Below, piece after piece: positions 18,357-26,733 of a stretch of 34,262 bases of DNA. Below the pieces are notes generated by a model. That model did no database searches and was not told where the DNA came from. It worked only from the letters and a program-made list of their open reading frames with translations. The DNA is taken from the NCBI GenBank assembly GCA_021781865.1, contig JAJXVZ010000001.1:1-34262 (forward strand), written 5' to 3'. The stretch's first letter is position 1, and each line of letters starts with the position of its first letter. Source of the DNA: a bacterium. Lineage in GTDB: Bacteria; Patescibacteriota; Minisyncoccia; Phycocordibacterales; Phycocordibacteraceae. Both the position numbers and the translations under genes were made by a program.

Positions 18357-18362
18357 TAACAA

Positions 18363-21137
18363 ATGGAATCCGTACCAAAATTGTCCACGCCTGAGGAGGA
18401 GCTTGCTTACTTGCGTGAACAGGTGCTCCGCAAAGAAGCGGAACTTACTAGGCGTGGAAGGGAACCGGGGATACTCGAGCGCTCTCATATTATTTCCGAA
18501 CAGATTCACGCACATCACATAGCCCCGGAGGAAGTTTTGACACCCGGATATCGCATCAGCGAAACAATGCAAAAGAGCGAAGCAGAGGCGATACTTGCTG
18601 AGCTAAATCTTGGAGAGGACAAACAGGTGATCAAAGGTCTAGAGAGAACTATGAGTGAGAAGGGTATAAAAAACGCACTATCGGTGCTTGAGAAACTTCA
18701 CGATCCACATATTACGGATGACTTCCACCGATATCTTGTACGTTACATCGCGGCGAAGCTTCCAATGCTTGGCGTCAATGAAAAGGCACCGCGTTTCCAA
18801 GCGTTGAGGATGACGCTCTACGAGGTTACGCTCCCAGAACCGAAAAGTGCGGAAACGAACCAGCATGTGAAGACGCTTAAGGAACTTATCTCCGGGATGG
18901 AGCAATTGTATGCGGGGCTTCTTTCGGTCGAGAATGCGGTGATTGGTGAACCTCGCTATTACGCGCTCGAGCTTGCCGTTCCAATGGAAGGTTCTGAACT
19001 CCAATTTTATGTGGCGGTTCCGAATGGAAAGCGCGATCTTTTCGAAAAACAACTCCTCGCTATATTTCCTGATGCGCAAGCGGTACCACAACCATTCGAT
19101 TACAATATCTTTTCTTCACACGGTACCTCGATTGCTTCGACAGCGACGTTTGCAGATGATCCTGCACTACCTCTGAAAGACTATACTGATTTCGACTATG
19201 ACCCAATCAACGCGATTACAAATGCATTCGCCAATATAGAATCCATGGGCGAAGGTGCCGCACTTCAGATAATTATCGAGCCCCGCGCGGAACGGCATGT
19301 GAAGCATTATGCGAAAATTCTTAAGGCTCTGCGCAAGGGTGAAAAACGTATAACAGCATTTAGTACGCCGGAAACAACACTTGGAGAACTTACTCGAGAT
19401 TTTGGAAAAATTCTCTTCTCAAATAAACCCAAGGATGAACAAAAAGCAAAAGAGGCCGAAATACGTCAGATTGAAGAGAACAAGACATATATCGAGCAAG
19501 TTGAAAAAAAGATTGAAGCGCCAATTGTTGGTGCAACAATACGACTCGTTGTTTCCTCTTCCGATGAGCATAAGGCGGATCGAATACTCGGCACGATTGA
19601 GGCAGCATTCAATCAGTTCTCGAATACACGAGGGAACAGACTTGTGTTCAAACGTATTCCGCCAGCAGCACGACATGCGCAAGCGGTTCTCGACGAATTT
19701 TCATTTCGTTTACCTGGCTCCTCAGTCCTTCCGTTATCGATACGGGAACTTACGACTATTTATCATTTCCCGCCAACAGGCATCAAATCTTCGCCACATT
19801 TGAGGCAAGTACGCTTTACGCACGCACCTGCACCGCTTTTACTCCCGCAAACAGGAATGCTTCTTGGTGTTAACACGTATCGTGGGCGGGAGACACGTGT
19901 TTACCTTGACTCTGAAGATCGTCTGCGTCATCTCTACATAATCGGTCAGACCGGTACCGGTAAAACCGGGCTCATGAAATCGATGATTATCCAGGACATC
20001 GAAAACGGAGAAGGTTGCTGTTTCATAGATCCGCACGGTTCCGATATTCTAGACATCCTTGCCGCCGTACCACCTGAGCGTTATAAAGACGTTATCTATT
20101 TCGATCCCGCAGATCTTTCGCGACCATTTAGTCTCAATTTTCTTGAATATGATGTATCACGTCCCGAGCAGAAGACATTCATCGTGAATGAACTCCTGAT
20201 GATCTTTCGTCGACTCTACGGCGACGTGCCGGAAAGCATGGGTCCTGCATTCGAACAGTATTTTCGCAATGCGACGCAACTTGTGATGGAGGATCCCGCG
20301 AGCGGTTCAACTATTCTCGATATCGCGCGCGTGCTCTCTAACAACGAATTTCGTCGCGAGAAACTAGCGAAAAGCATGAATCCAATTGTAAATCAGTTCT
20401 GGAACGAAATTGCGGCAAAAGCTGGTGGCGAAGCGGCGCTTGAAAATATTGTTCCGTATATCACCAACAAATTTGATGATTTTACCGCGAACGATTTTAT
20501 TCGCCCCATCGTTGGACAACAAGAATCATCATTCAAGTTCCGCGAAGTAATGGATACGAAGAAAATCCTTCTCATAAATCTTTCCAAGGGTCGTCTTGGC
20601 GAAAAAAACGCAAACCTTCTCGGGCTTATTATCGTCGGGAAACTTTTCATGGCAGCGCTCTCTCGCGCCGATAATCCTCGTGCACCATACCAACCTTTTT
20701 ATCTATATATTGACGAGTTTCAAAACGTAACTACAGACTCCGTTCCCGGTATTCTTTCTGAAGCGCGTAAGTATAAACTCTCGCTCACGGTGGCGCATCA
20801 ATTTCTCAACCAGATCGAAGAGAAAACCCGTGATGCGATTTTCGGTAATGTCGGTAATATGGTGATTTTCCGTGTAGGTGAAGAAGATGCCGAATTTTTC
20901 TCAAAACAGTTTGCGCCCGTTTTTGAGACACTCGATTTCGTTAACATAGAAAATCGCAACGCCTACGCGAAGATTCTCGTGCGTGGTGTGCCACAAAAGC
21001 CGTTTGATATGAAAACACCAAATTTACCTGCACAAAATTTGGCGCAAGTGGACGATCTTATTCATCTTTCCTCGATCACATACGGTCGCGACCGTGCTAC
21101 AGTTGAAAACACGATTCGCGAGCGTTATCTCTCGTAA
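18363..21137 (+). CDS. VirD4/TraD/HerA-like P-loop ATPase (type IV coupling protein-like)
   Basis: RHLYIIGQTGTGKT (Walker A), FIDPHG, LYIDEFQN (Walker B), SEARKY, AHQF. Confidence 0.88.
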   Translation: MESVPKLSTPEEELAYLREQVLRKEAELTRRGREPGILERSHIISEQIHAHHIAPEEVLTPGYRISETMQKSEAEAILAELNLGEDKQVIKGLERTMSEKGIKNALSVLEKLHDPHITDDFHRYLVRYIAAKLPMLGVNEKAPRFQALRMTLYEVTLPEPKSAETNQHVKTLKELISGMEQLYAGLLSVENAVIGEPRYYALELAVPMEGSELQFYVAVPNGKRDLFEKQLLAIFPDAQAVPQPFDYNIFSSHGTSIASTATFADDPALPLKDYTDFDYDPINAITNAFANIESMGEGAALQIIIEPRAERHVKHYAKILKALRKGEKRITAFSTPETTLGELTRDFGKILFSNKPKDEQKAKEAEIRQIEENKTYIEQVEKKIEAPIVGATIRLVVSSSDEHKADRILGTIEAAFNQFSNTRGNRLVFKRIPPAARHAQAVLDEFSFRLPGSSVLPLSIRELTTIYHFPPTGIKSSPHLRQVRFTHAPAPLLLPQTGMLLGVNTYRGRETRVYLDSEDRLRHLYIIGQTGTGKTGLMKSMIIQDIENGEGCCFIDPHGSDILDILAAVPPERYKDVIYFDPADLSRPFSLNFLEYDVSRPEQKTFIVNELLMIFRRLYGDVPESMGPAFEQYFRNATQLVMEDPASGSTILDIARVLSNNEFRREKLAKSMNPIVNQFWNEIAAKAGGEAALENIVPYITNKFDDFTANDFIRPIVGQQESSFKFREVMDTKKILLINLSKGRLGEKNANLLGLIIVGKLFMAALSRADNPRAPYQPFYLYIDEFQNVTTDSVPGILSEARKYKLSLTVAHQFLNQIEEKTRDAIFGNVGNMVIFRVGEEDAEFFSKQFAPVFETLDFVNIENRNAYAKILVRGVPQKPFDMKTPNLPAQNLAQVDDLIHLSSITYGRDRATVENTIRERYLS

Positions 21138-21143
21138 TAGACT

Positions 21144-23786
21144 ATGTCATTAGAAAAGATTCCACGATCGGGAAAGGGGAAATCAATACAGCCGAGCGTA
21201 ATGAATCAAGCGTTTGAAAAAGCTGGAGTTGCGGGAAATAAAGAGGAGTCAGAACGAAGATTCGGTACGTCCATTGGAGAAGAGGTTTTTGAGACGATAA
21301 AAAATATTCCAAAAACAATATTAGAGCGGTCGGAGGAGATACCGATTGAACTCGCAAAAATTTATAAGAATGAAAGACCACCGAAGGATATCACGGACCT
21401 ATATTTGAAACTTCCTCCGCAAAAGCGATCAAGTTATCTTCAATTGTTAACTGATAAGAGAAATGGAAAGGCATCTAGAAAACCAGTAAACAAAAAAAAT
21501 AGACATCCTCGACACCAGGAAAGGGGAAAGAGGTCTCGAACCGTTCAGATGATCGCTGGGAAAGATAAATCAGACCTTGTGAACCCCTGGGGAGTTTATG
21601 GTAAGCGTCGCGAGACTGCTCAGGAAGAGTTTAAGAGAATGTATCCATCTGGACAACCGATACCATTGGATACTCTTAAAAAATATAAATTTTTGATGAA
21701 TGAACAAATCAAAAGTTTCGGTTCTGGGGATGTTGATGAGCAGAAAAGAATCGCTTCAGAAATAGAATCATTCATTATCGAACAAAGGGCGAAAATAGCT
21801 GAGAACTTATCTTCTCAAGACCTTTTTAGTGGTGTTGGGGTAGTAAGGGGGCAGGTGAATAGCGACGACACAAAGAGGGCACGAATAAAAAAGCTTCGTG
21901 ACGATATCGCTACGTTCGAATTGGAAATCGCACATCCAACATACCCACGCACACATGACGTTATTGAGAGGGATGCTCTCGCGGCTGAAGAAGAGTTACG
22001 AAATTTGGAATTAACATTGAGGACGGGAAGTGTCGAGAACAAAGTTCCCGCGACTGGGGACGAATTGCGAGAGCCAGATTTAGCAACTCGATCCGTCCTG
22101 GAAGAAGGGATGCTCATTGCAAACCCCGACCTTGCGCTTGATTCGAAACACGCACGAAGGACGCAAGAATACACACCGAGAGAGTGGCGCAATAAATTAC
22201 GGGTACTTCTTGAAAAATTTGGCGTGAATGAGCGCGATAAGAGTCTAGAGAAATATTCAAAAAATCGTTTGGATGAATTAGATGCTGAATCAAAAAAGCT
22301 AGGAAGAGGGGAAAATATAATTCGTTCACTGGGCGAGAAATACAATAAGTTTAACTTTTTACAGAAACTCGGTATTGGTCTCACGCTTGGCGTGGGAGCG
22401 GCAGCATTTACAGGCGTCTCATTTCCCGTGGCAACCGCCTGTACATTCGGTCTTGGCGTGCAACGTGCATTCGGTATGGCGAGCATGTTCTTGAAATTTG
22501 AGAAACAACTACAAGAATCAACGGAAGGTAAGTCAGAAGGTTTTATCACGCGACGAGGATGGTATAAAGCTTTTGCTGAGAAGACGAAAAATCGGCAGAA
22601 GGAAACTGCAATACTTATGGCCGTTGGATATTCTCTCCTAATGAGTGCTGCTATTAAGGAGACAGTACAGATAGTGAACGAATCTCTCTTAGGTGAGCGG
22701 ATACATGAATGGCTCGGGTATACACTTGGACATACTACTTCTGCTTCTGCACCAGAAGCAACCGCGCCCCTTTCCGTAACACCAGATAATGTCTCTCTTC
22801 CTACTGAAATAGTCCAACAGAATCACGTAGGAATGATGACTGGAATGCCAACTATTGACGCGTCAACCGGACATGGCTATGAGTACATGGCTAAGAAACT
22901 CTGGGAAGAATTGAACGCGAGAGGTATTAAATTGCCTGCAAATGCGAATCCACACAGTGACCTCGCAAGACTTCTTGCGGCTCACGATGATGCATCCATT
23001 AATAAAGTCGTACAGCAGATTGCTAGTGACTCAAGACATGCATTTTCCCATGCTAACGGGATGAGTGTTCGCATTGACCCAAACACACACATGACAATCG
23101 GTACAGACGGACAGATTCATTTGTCAATAGGGAAGGAAAACTTCGTTCATGCGCCAGTGAATGCCACCGTAACACCACCCTATCATGCAGTGGCGTCGAC
23201 TCAGATTCCATCTGTGAATGTAACCCATCATGAAAGCATGATCGCTCATTCGAGTACTCACCAGACACACGAGGTTGGATCTGTCGACAATGCCATGTCA
23301 ACAGAACGAGTCGTTCACCCGCACATGACAACGGAACACATTACTCAACCAGTATCTACTGATTCAGTAGTACACGATGGTACCGGTGGTGTGGTGCATG
23401 ATGGAGAAGGAAATCCGGTCTACGAAAGAAGAACTTATCATAAGGTATCCGATCGCGTATCGACCCCTGTACACGCGCAAGAAGTATTCACGAATGTCCA
23501 CAACATCCATGTTAATTTGACTGAAACACATGGATACTCAAATGGTGAGGGGGTTCTTTATGTCATGGGTGGCGATAAAGCCGTTATAGATAATCAGGCT
23601 CAGGATTATGCGCTAACACACCATGTGCCCGTATTCGTTGATAAATCATACAAACTTCTAGGCGTCATAAATGTTCCAAGGGTTGTCGAGTACGTTCCAA
23701 CTAATAACGGGTCGTTGGAAATGGTTATCCACTCTGGTCCGTCATGGATCCCAAATCCGAAAAACTTTACGAAACGTATTTTCTAA
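21144..23786 (+). CDS. Large hypothetical membrane protein
   Basis: 880 aa; charged helical N-half, Gly-rich hydrophobic segments centrally, His/Thr/Val-rich C-half. Confidence 0.8.
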   Translation: MSLEKIPRSGKGKSIQPSVMNQAFEKAGVAGNKEESERRFGTSIGEEVFETIKNIPKTILERSEEIPIELAKIYKNERPPKDITDLYLKLPPQKRSSYLQLLTDKRNGKASRKPVNKKNRHPRHQERGKRSRTVQMIAGKDKSDLVNPWGVYGKRRETAQEEFKRMYPSGQPIPLDTLKKYKFLMNEQIKSFGSGDVDEQKRIASEIESFIIEQRAKIAENLSSQDLFSGVGVVRGQVNSDDTKRARIKKLRDDIATFELEIAHPTYPRTHDVIERDALAAEEELRNLELTLRTGSVENKVPATGDELREPDLATRSVLEEGMLIANPDLALDSKHARRTQEYTPREWRNKLRVLLEKFGVNERDKSLEKYSKNRLDELDAESKKLGRGENIIRSLGEKYNKFNFLQKLGIGLTLGVGAAAFTGVSFPVATACTFGLGVQRAFGMASMFLKFEKQLQESTEGKSEGFITRRGWYKAFAEKTKNRQKETAILMAVGYSLLMSAAIKETVQIVNESLLGERIHEWLGYTLGHTTSASAPEATAPLSVTPDNVSLPTEIVQQNHVGMMTGMPTIDASTGHGYEYMAKKLWEELNARGIKLPANANPHSDLARLLAAHDDASINKVVQQIASDSRHAFSHANGMSVRIDPNTHMTIGTDGQIHLSIGKENFVHAPVNATVTPPYHAVASTQIPSVNVTHHESMIAHSSTHQTHEVGSVDNAMSTERVVHPHMTTEHITQPVSTDSVVHDGTGGVVHDGEGNPVYERRTYHKVSDRVSTPVHAQEVFTNVHNIHVNLTETHGYSNGEGVLYVMGGDKAVIDNQAQDYALTHHVPVFVDKSYKLLGVINVPRVVEYVPTNNGSLEMVIHSGPSWIPNPKNFTKRIF

Positions 23787-23808
23787 CACCTATGTTATAA
23801 TGCTCTTT

Positions 23809-24105
23809 ATGCAAGATGAACTCACTGCTCTCATCGCCGCCGATCTCGGTATTAAGGATCTCCCGGTTGCCGAGCAACAAACAATCATTGCACAGTTTGG
23901 CGAGATTGCACTCAAAGCGGCAACCTTGTCAGTGATAGGGAAACTTGCTAGTGATAAGCGCGATGAATTCACTAAACTCGCAGAAACTGGTGACGCAACA
24001 GCGCTTAAGACCTTCCTTGACCGAGAAGTCCCTGGGCATGAGAATATCACGCGAGCCGCCGTTGCCGAGGAGGTAAAACGATTTAGAGCTTTTCAAGCCA
24101 CGTAG
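23809..24105 (+). CDS. Small helical protein (DUF5663-like)
   Basis: LGIKDLPVAEQQTII...FLDREVP; TGtTATAAT 7 nt before ATG 23809. Confidence 0.7.
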   Translation: MQDELTALIAADLGIKDLPVAEQQTIIAQFGEIALKAATLSVIGKLASDKRDEFTKLAETGDATALKTFLDREVPGHENITRAAVAEEVKRFRAFQAT

Positions 24106-24137
24106 TATACTGCTACTGTACATAATAGCTATTACAT

Positions 24138-24674
24138 ATGAAACCAACTCAAACTGGAATCGCCATCACACTTGCACTTGTCGTGGTCATAATGTTTTTT
24201 GTTCTCCCAAGTCTTTCGGTTTTCGGAACACCCACCTCATCAGGTACATCAGCTTCCGGAGCCACTATTAATAACAATACTCAAACCGCAACAACTACCA
24301 CTATGCCTAACCAAACCAACACTACTCCGCCCGTGACTCAACTTATAGAGCAAGATGAGGTTATTGGAACAGGCGCTACTGCCGTGGCGGGTGACACTGT
24401 AACCGTAAATTATGTCGGCTCGCTTACCGACGGCACAGTCTTTGACGCCTCTGCTGATCATGGGACTTCGGGTTTCACCTTTGTCCTGGGTGCTGGAAAT
24501 GTTATCAAGGGTTGGGATGAAGGTATTGTTGGGATGAAGGTAGGTGGTAAACGCAAACTTATCATTCCCGCATCGCTCGCGTACGGTAATCAGGCAGTTG
24601 GGAATATCATCCCGGCGAATTCCACACTTATTTTTGAAGTGGAACTCTTAAAAGTTAAAAAAGCAGGAAGCTAA
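24138..24674 (+). CDS. FKBP-type peptidyl-prolyl cis-trans isomerase, membrane-anchored
   Basis: VNYVGSLTDGTVFD, VIKGWDEG, MKVGGKRKLIIP, LAYG, IPANSTLIFEVELL. Confidence 0.96.
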   Translation: MKPTQTGIAITLALVVVIMFFVLPSLSVFGTPTSSGTSASGATINNNTQTATTTTMPNQTNTTPPVTQLIEQDEVIGTGATAVAGDTVTVNYVGSLTDGTVFDASADHGTSGFTFVLGAGNVIKGWDEGIVGMKVGGKRKLIIPASLAYGNQAVGNIIPANSTLIFEVELLKVKKAGS

Positions 24675-24682
24675 GTATCATA

Positions 24683-24711
24683 TTGACAATTGTTATATTG
24701 TAGTTTAAAAT
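24683..24711 (+). promoter_or_regulatory. Sigma70 promoter for the beta-barrel pair
   Basis: TTGACA-17 nt-TAAAAT. Confidence 0.75.
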
Positions 24712-24799
24712 ATAAAAGGAAACGACGAACAAAATATAGAGTCGTTCAGTGTGTGATCATTGGTAACTAAACAACTTAAAAAGAGGAAGGAGGTGTTCT

Positions 24800-25333
24800 A
24801 TGCGTCACTGGGCCATATTCGTGATGGCACTTGGTATGTGTGTCTCTTCTTATACTGCTGCTGCTTCTTCTAGCCAGAGCAGGAAGGGAGAGCTCATACT
24901 GTACTTTGGGGAAACTCGGGTCAATTCTTACGTGGACCCCAAAAGCCTGAGTGTCTCTGCAGATTTCAGGCAGAGAATTTCACCGGGTGCCGAGTATTCG
25001 ATTATGCTTATTAACGAAGGGAACCCGCACGGTTTTCCCAAGCGAGATGGTATCGCCGGGGAGATGTGGTGGCGGTTGCCTTTCACTGACGCGAGTCATC
25101 GTCTGGTGATTACGTTAGGCACCGGGCCCTACGTGTATTACGCGACCACCGTGAAGAAGGGAGCCACACCAGGTGGGTACTCCGATGAACATCGACTGGG
25201 TTGGCTCGTGAGCGCGAATGTTGGGTACAACATGAGTCGACATCTCACGCTCAATGTGGGGTGGATTCGTGTCGGGACCGGGAATAGCACCGATACGGAT
25301 ATTCCTCGCGTGGGCATTGGGTACAGAGAGTAA
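24800..25333 (+). CDS. Outer-membrane-type small beta-barrel protein
   Basis: SD AAGGAGGT, signal peptide, alternating amphipathic strands, LGTGPY, ANVGYNM...LTLNVGW, DTDIPRVGIGYR. Confidence 0.7.
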   Translation: MRHWAIFVMALGMCVSSYTAAASSSQSRKGELILYFGETRVNSYVDPKSLSVSADFRQRISPGAEYSIMLINEGNPHGFPKRDGIAGEMWWRLPFTDASHRLVITLGTGPYVYYATTVKKGATPGGYSDEHRLGWLVSANVGYNMSRHLTLNVGWIRVGTGNSTDTDIPRVGIGYRE

Positions 25334-25347
25334 CAGGAGGAAGTTCC

Positions 25348-25845
25348 ATGAAGAACGTCATCATCATATTTTTGATGATGGCCGGTGCATTTGTGATCAC
25401 CACAGATGCGTTGGCCGGTGAGGTAGCTGTTTCGGGAGGTACAGTAACTGCTACAGACACCATGGAAGCAGGTCGGGAAGGAACTGCATTGTCCATCAAT
25501 TATCAAGGGCGACTCACGTCTGCGGCGAGGTGGTCAGTAGGATGGATGCAGGAAGATTTTTCACAGGGCTTTCTGAAGAGGAGGGGCGTAGTGACGGAAG
25601 TCATGTTGGAACTTCTCCCGAGTACAAACCGGTTCAACGTTTCTCTTATCCTAGGCCCCTATGCTTATCATGCAAGCGGTAATTATGGAAAAGGGGATGG
25701 ATATGGGATTGCGTTGCAGTCTGGTTTTGACGCCACGTATAAACTTAATAAGAATCTCACGTTCGATGCGGGGTTTCGGAATACCATGACCACAACCACA
25801 TCGAACACGGACCTGATTCTTATAGGGTTGGGCTACAGGAAATAG
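25348..25845 (+). CDS. Outer-membrane-type small beta-barrel protein (paralog of 24800)
   Basis: SD AGGAGG, signal peptide, ILGPY, ATYKLNKNLTFDAGF, NTDLILIGLGYR. Confidence 0.7.
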   Translation: MKNVIIIFLMMAGAFVITTDALAGEVAVSGGTVTATDTMEAGREGTALSINYQGRLTSAARWSVGWMQEDFSQGFLKRRGVVTEVMLELLPSTNRFNVSLILGPYAYHASGNYGKGDGYGIALQSGFDATYKLNKNLTFDAGFRNTMTTTTSNTDLILIGLGYRK

Positions 25846-25861
25846 TGTGCCCAATCTATTT

Positions 25862-25893
25862 AAAGCCGCACGTTATCAACGCGCGGCTTTTTT
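25862..25893 (+). terminator. Intrinsic terminator
   Basis: aaagccgcacgtt-atc-aacgcgcggcttt followed by a T-run. Confidence 0.8.
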
Positions 25894-25947
25894 ATAAGCA
25901 AAAATATTTCTAACTTTAGAATGTTCATTCAGCTATTCAGAATAAAA

Positions 25948-25978
25948 AATGGGTGACGGATTGCAACCGTCACCCATT
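25948..25978 (-). terminator. Intrinsic terminator of the lipoprotein gene
   Basis: aatgggtgacgg/ccgtcacccatt perfect 12-bp stem, A-run on its left. Confidence 0.8.
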
Positions 25979-25988
25979 ACTATAGCTA

Positions 25989-26621
25989 TTACTGTCCGGG
26001 TGGAAATGGCATATAACCACCCCCATTGATGTATCCCGACATTGGTTTGTTTGAACTGTCTGCCGCTTTCGGAAGTGTCGTTCGACCATTCCCAAACCAT
26101 GGGATAATCTCAATTCCCCCCAAAATATGATAATGGTGATTGGCGTCTCTCACCTGCTGTTCCACACAGTATCCTTGAGCACTTTTCTCACTCGTGCTTT
26201 GCCGATAGCGACCCGTGTTCATTCCAGCAGTGAAGCCGTACCCAAGCCCGCCGAGCATATATCGGACGATATCCGCTCCAGGAAATGCTGCTGCAAAACC
26301 TCCTTCGCCAACTGCAATTGCCAGAGCAGACCATCCGCCCTCTTTCGCTATCGCCTGTGCCCAGCCCGGGAGTTGATGAAAAAGTTTCCCCTGGCAGTAC
26401 TTGTCCAAGTAGAGAATTTGGGTTCTCTCCACCTTTGACCATCTCGCCTGTTTCCCGTTTGAAGCAGGGACGTAAGGGATGTCGCCTGCTGCCGGTACGA
26501 CAGCATACGCGCCAGAAAACTTTTCCCCCCGATCCCCGATCGTGCTAGTGCTGGCGCATGCCCCCAATAATCCGAGGGTTGTTATCACCAGAACAATCTC
26601 GACGACCGACTTTACCGTCAT
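25989..26621 (-). CDS. Putative lipoprotein with glycine-zipper-like hydrophobic hairpin
   Basis: SD GGAGGT before ATG 26621; lipobox LGA-C; Gly/Ala-rich segments bracketed by two YC motifs. Confidence 0.7.
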   Translation of the reverse strand: MTVKSVVEIVLVITTLGLLGACASTSTIGDRGEKFSGAYAVVPAAGDIPYVPASNGKQARWSKVERTQILYLDKYCQGKLFHQLPGWAQAIAKEGGWSALAIAVGEGGFAAAFPGADIVRYMLGGLGYGFTAGMNTGRYRQSTSEKSAQGYCVEQQVRDANHHYHILGGIEIIPWFGNGRTTLPKAADSSNKPMSGYINGGGYMPFPPGQ

Positions 26622-26733
26622 AAAGACCTCCACTTATCTATAGAGTTCAATCCCTCTGATTGAACTCACCTGAAATTACGATACTCAATTATTATCGTTT
26701 GTCAATATCGCGTTGGTACATTAAGGTGAAGAG

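Noticed and set aside
21815..22549. 244-aa antisense ORF, and similar shadow ORFs over gyrA, pyk and the uvr genes
   Set aside because: Fully nested opposite longer genes, with the Ser/Phe/Leu-rich composition expected from antisense Lys/Glu/Arg codons.
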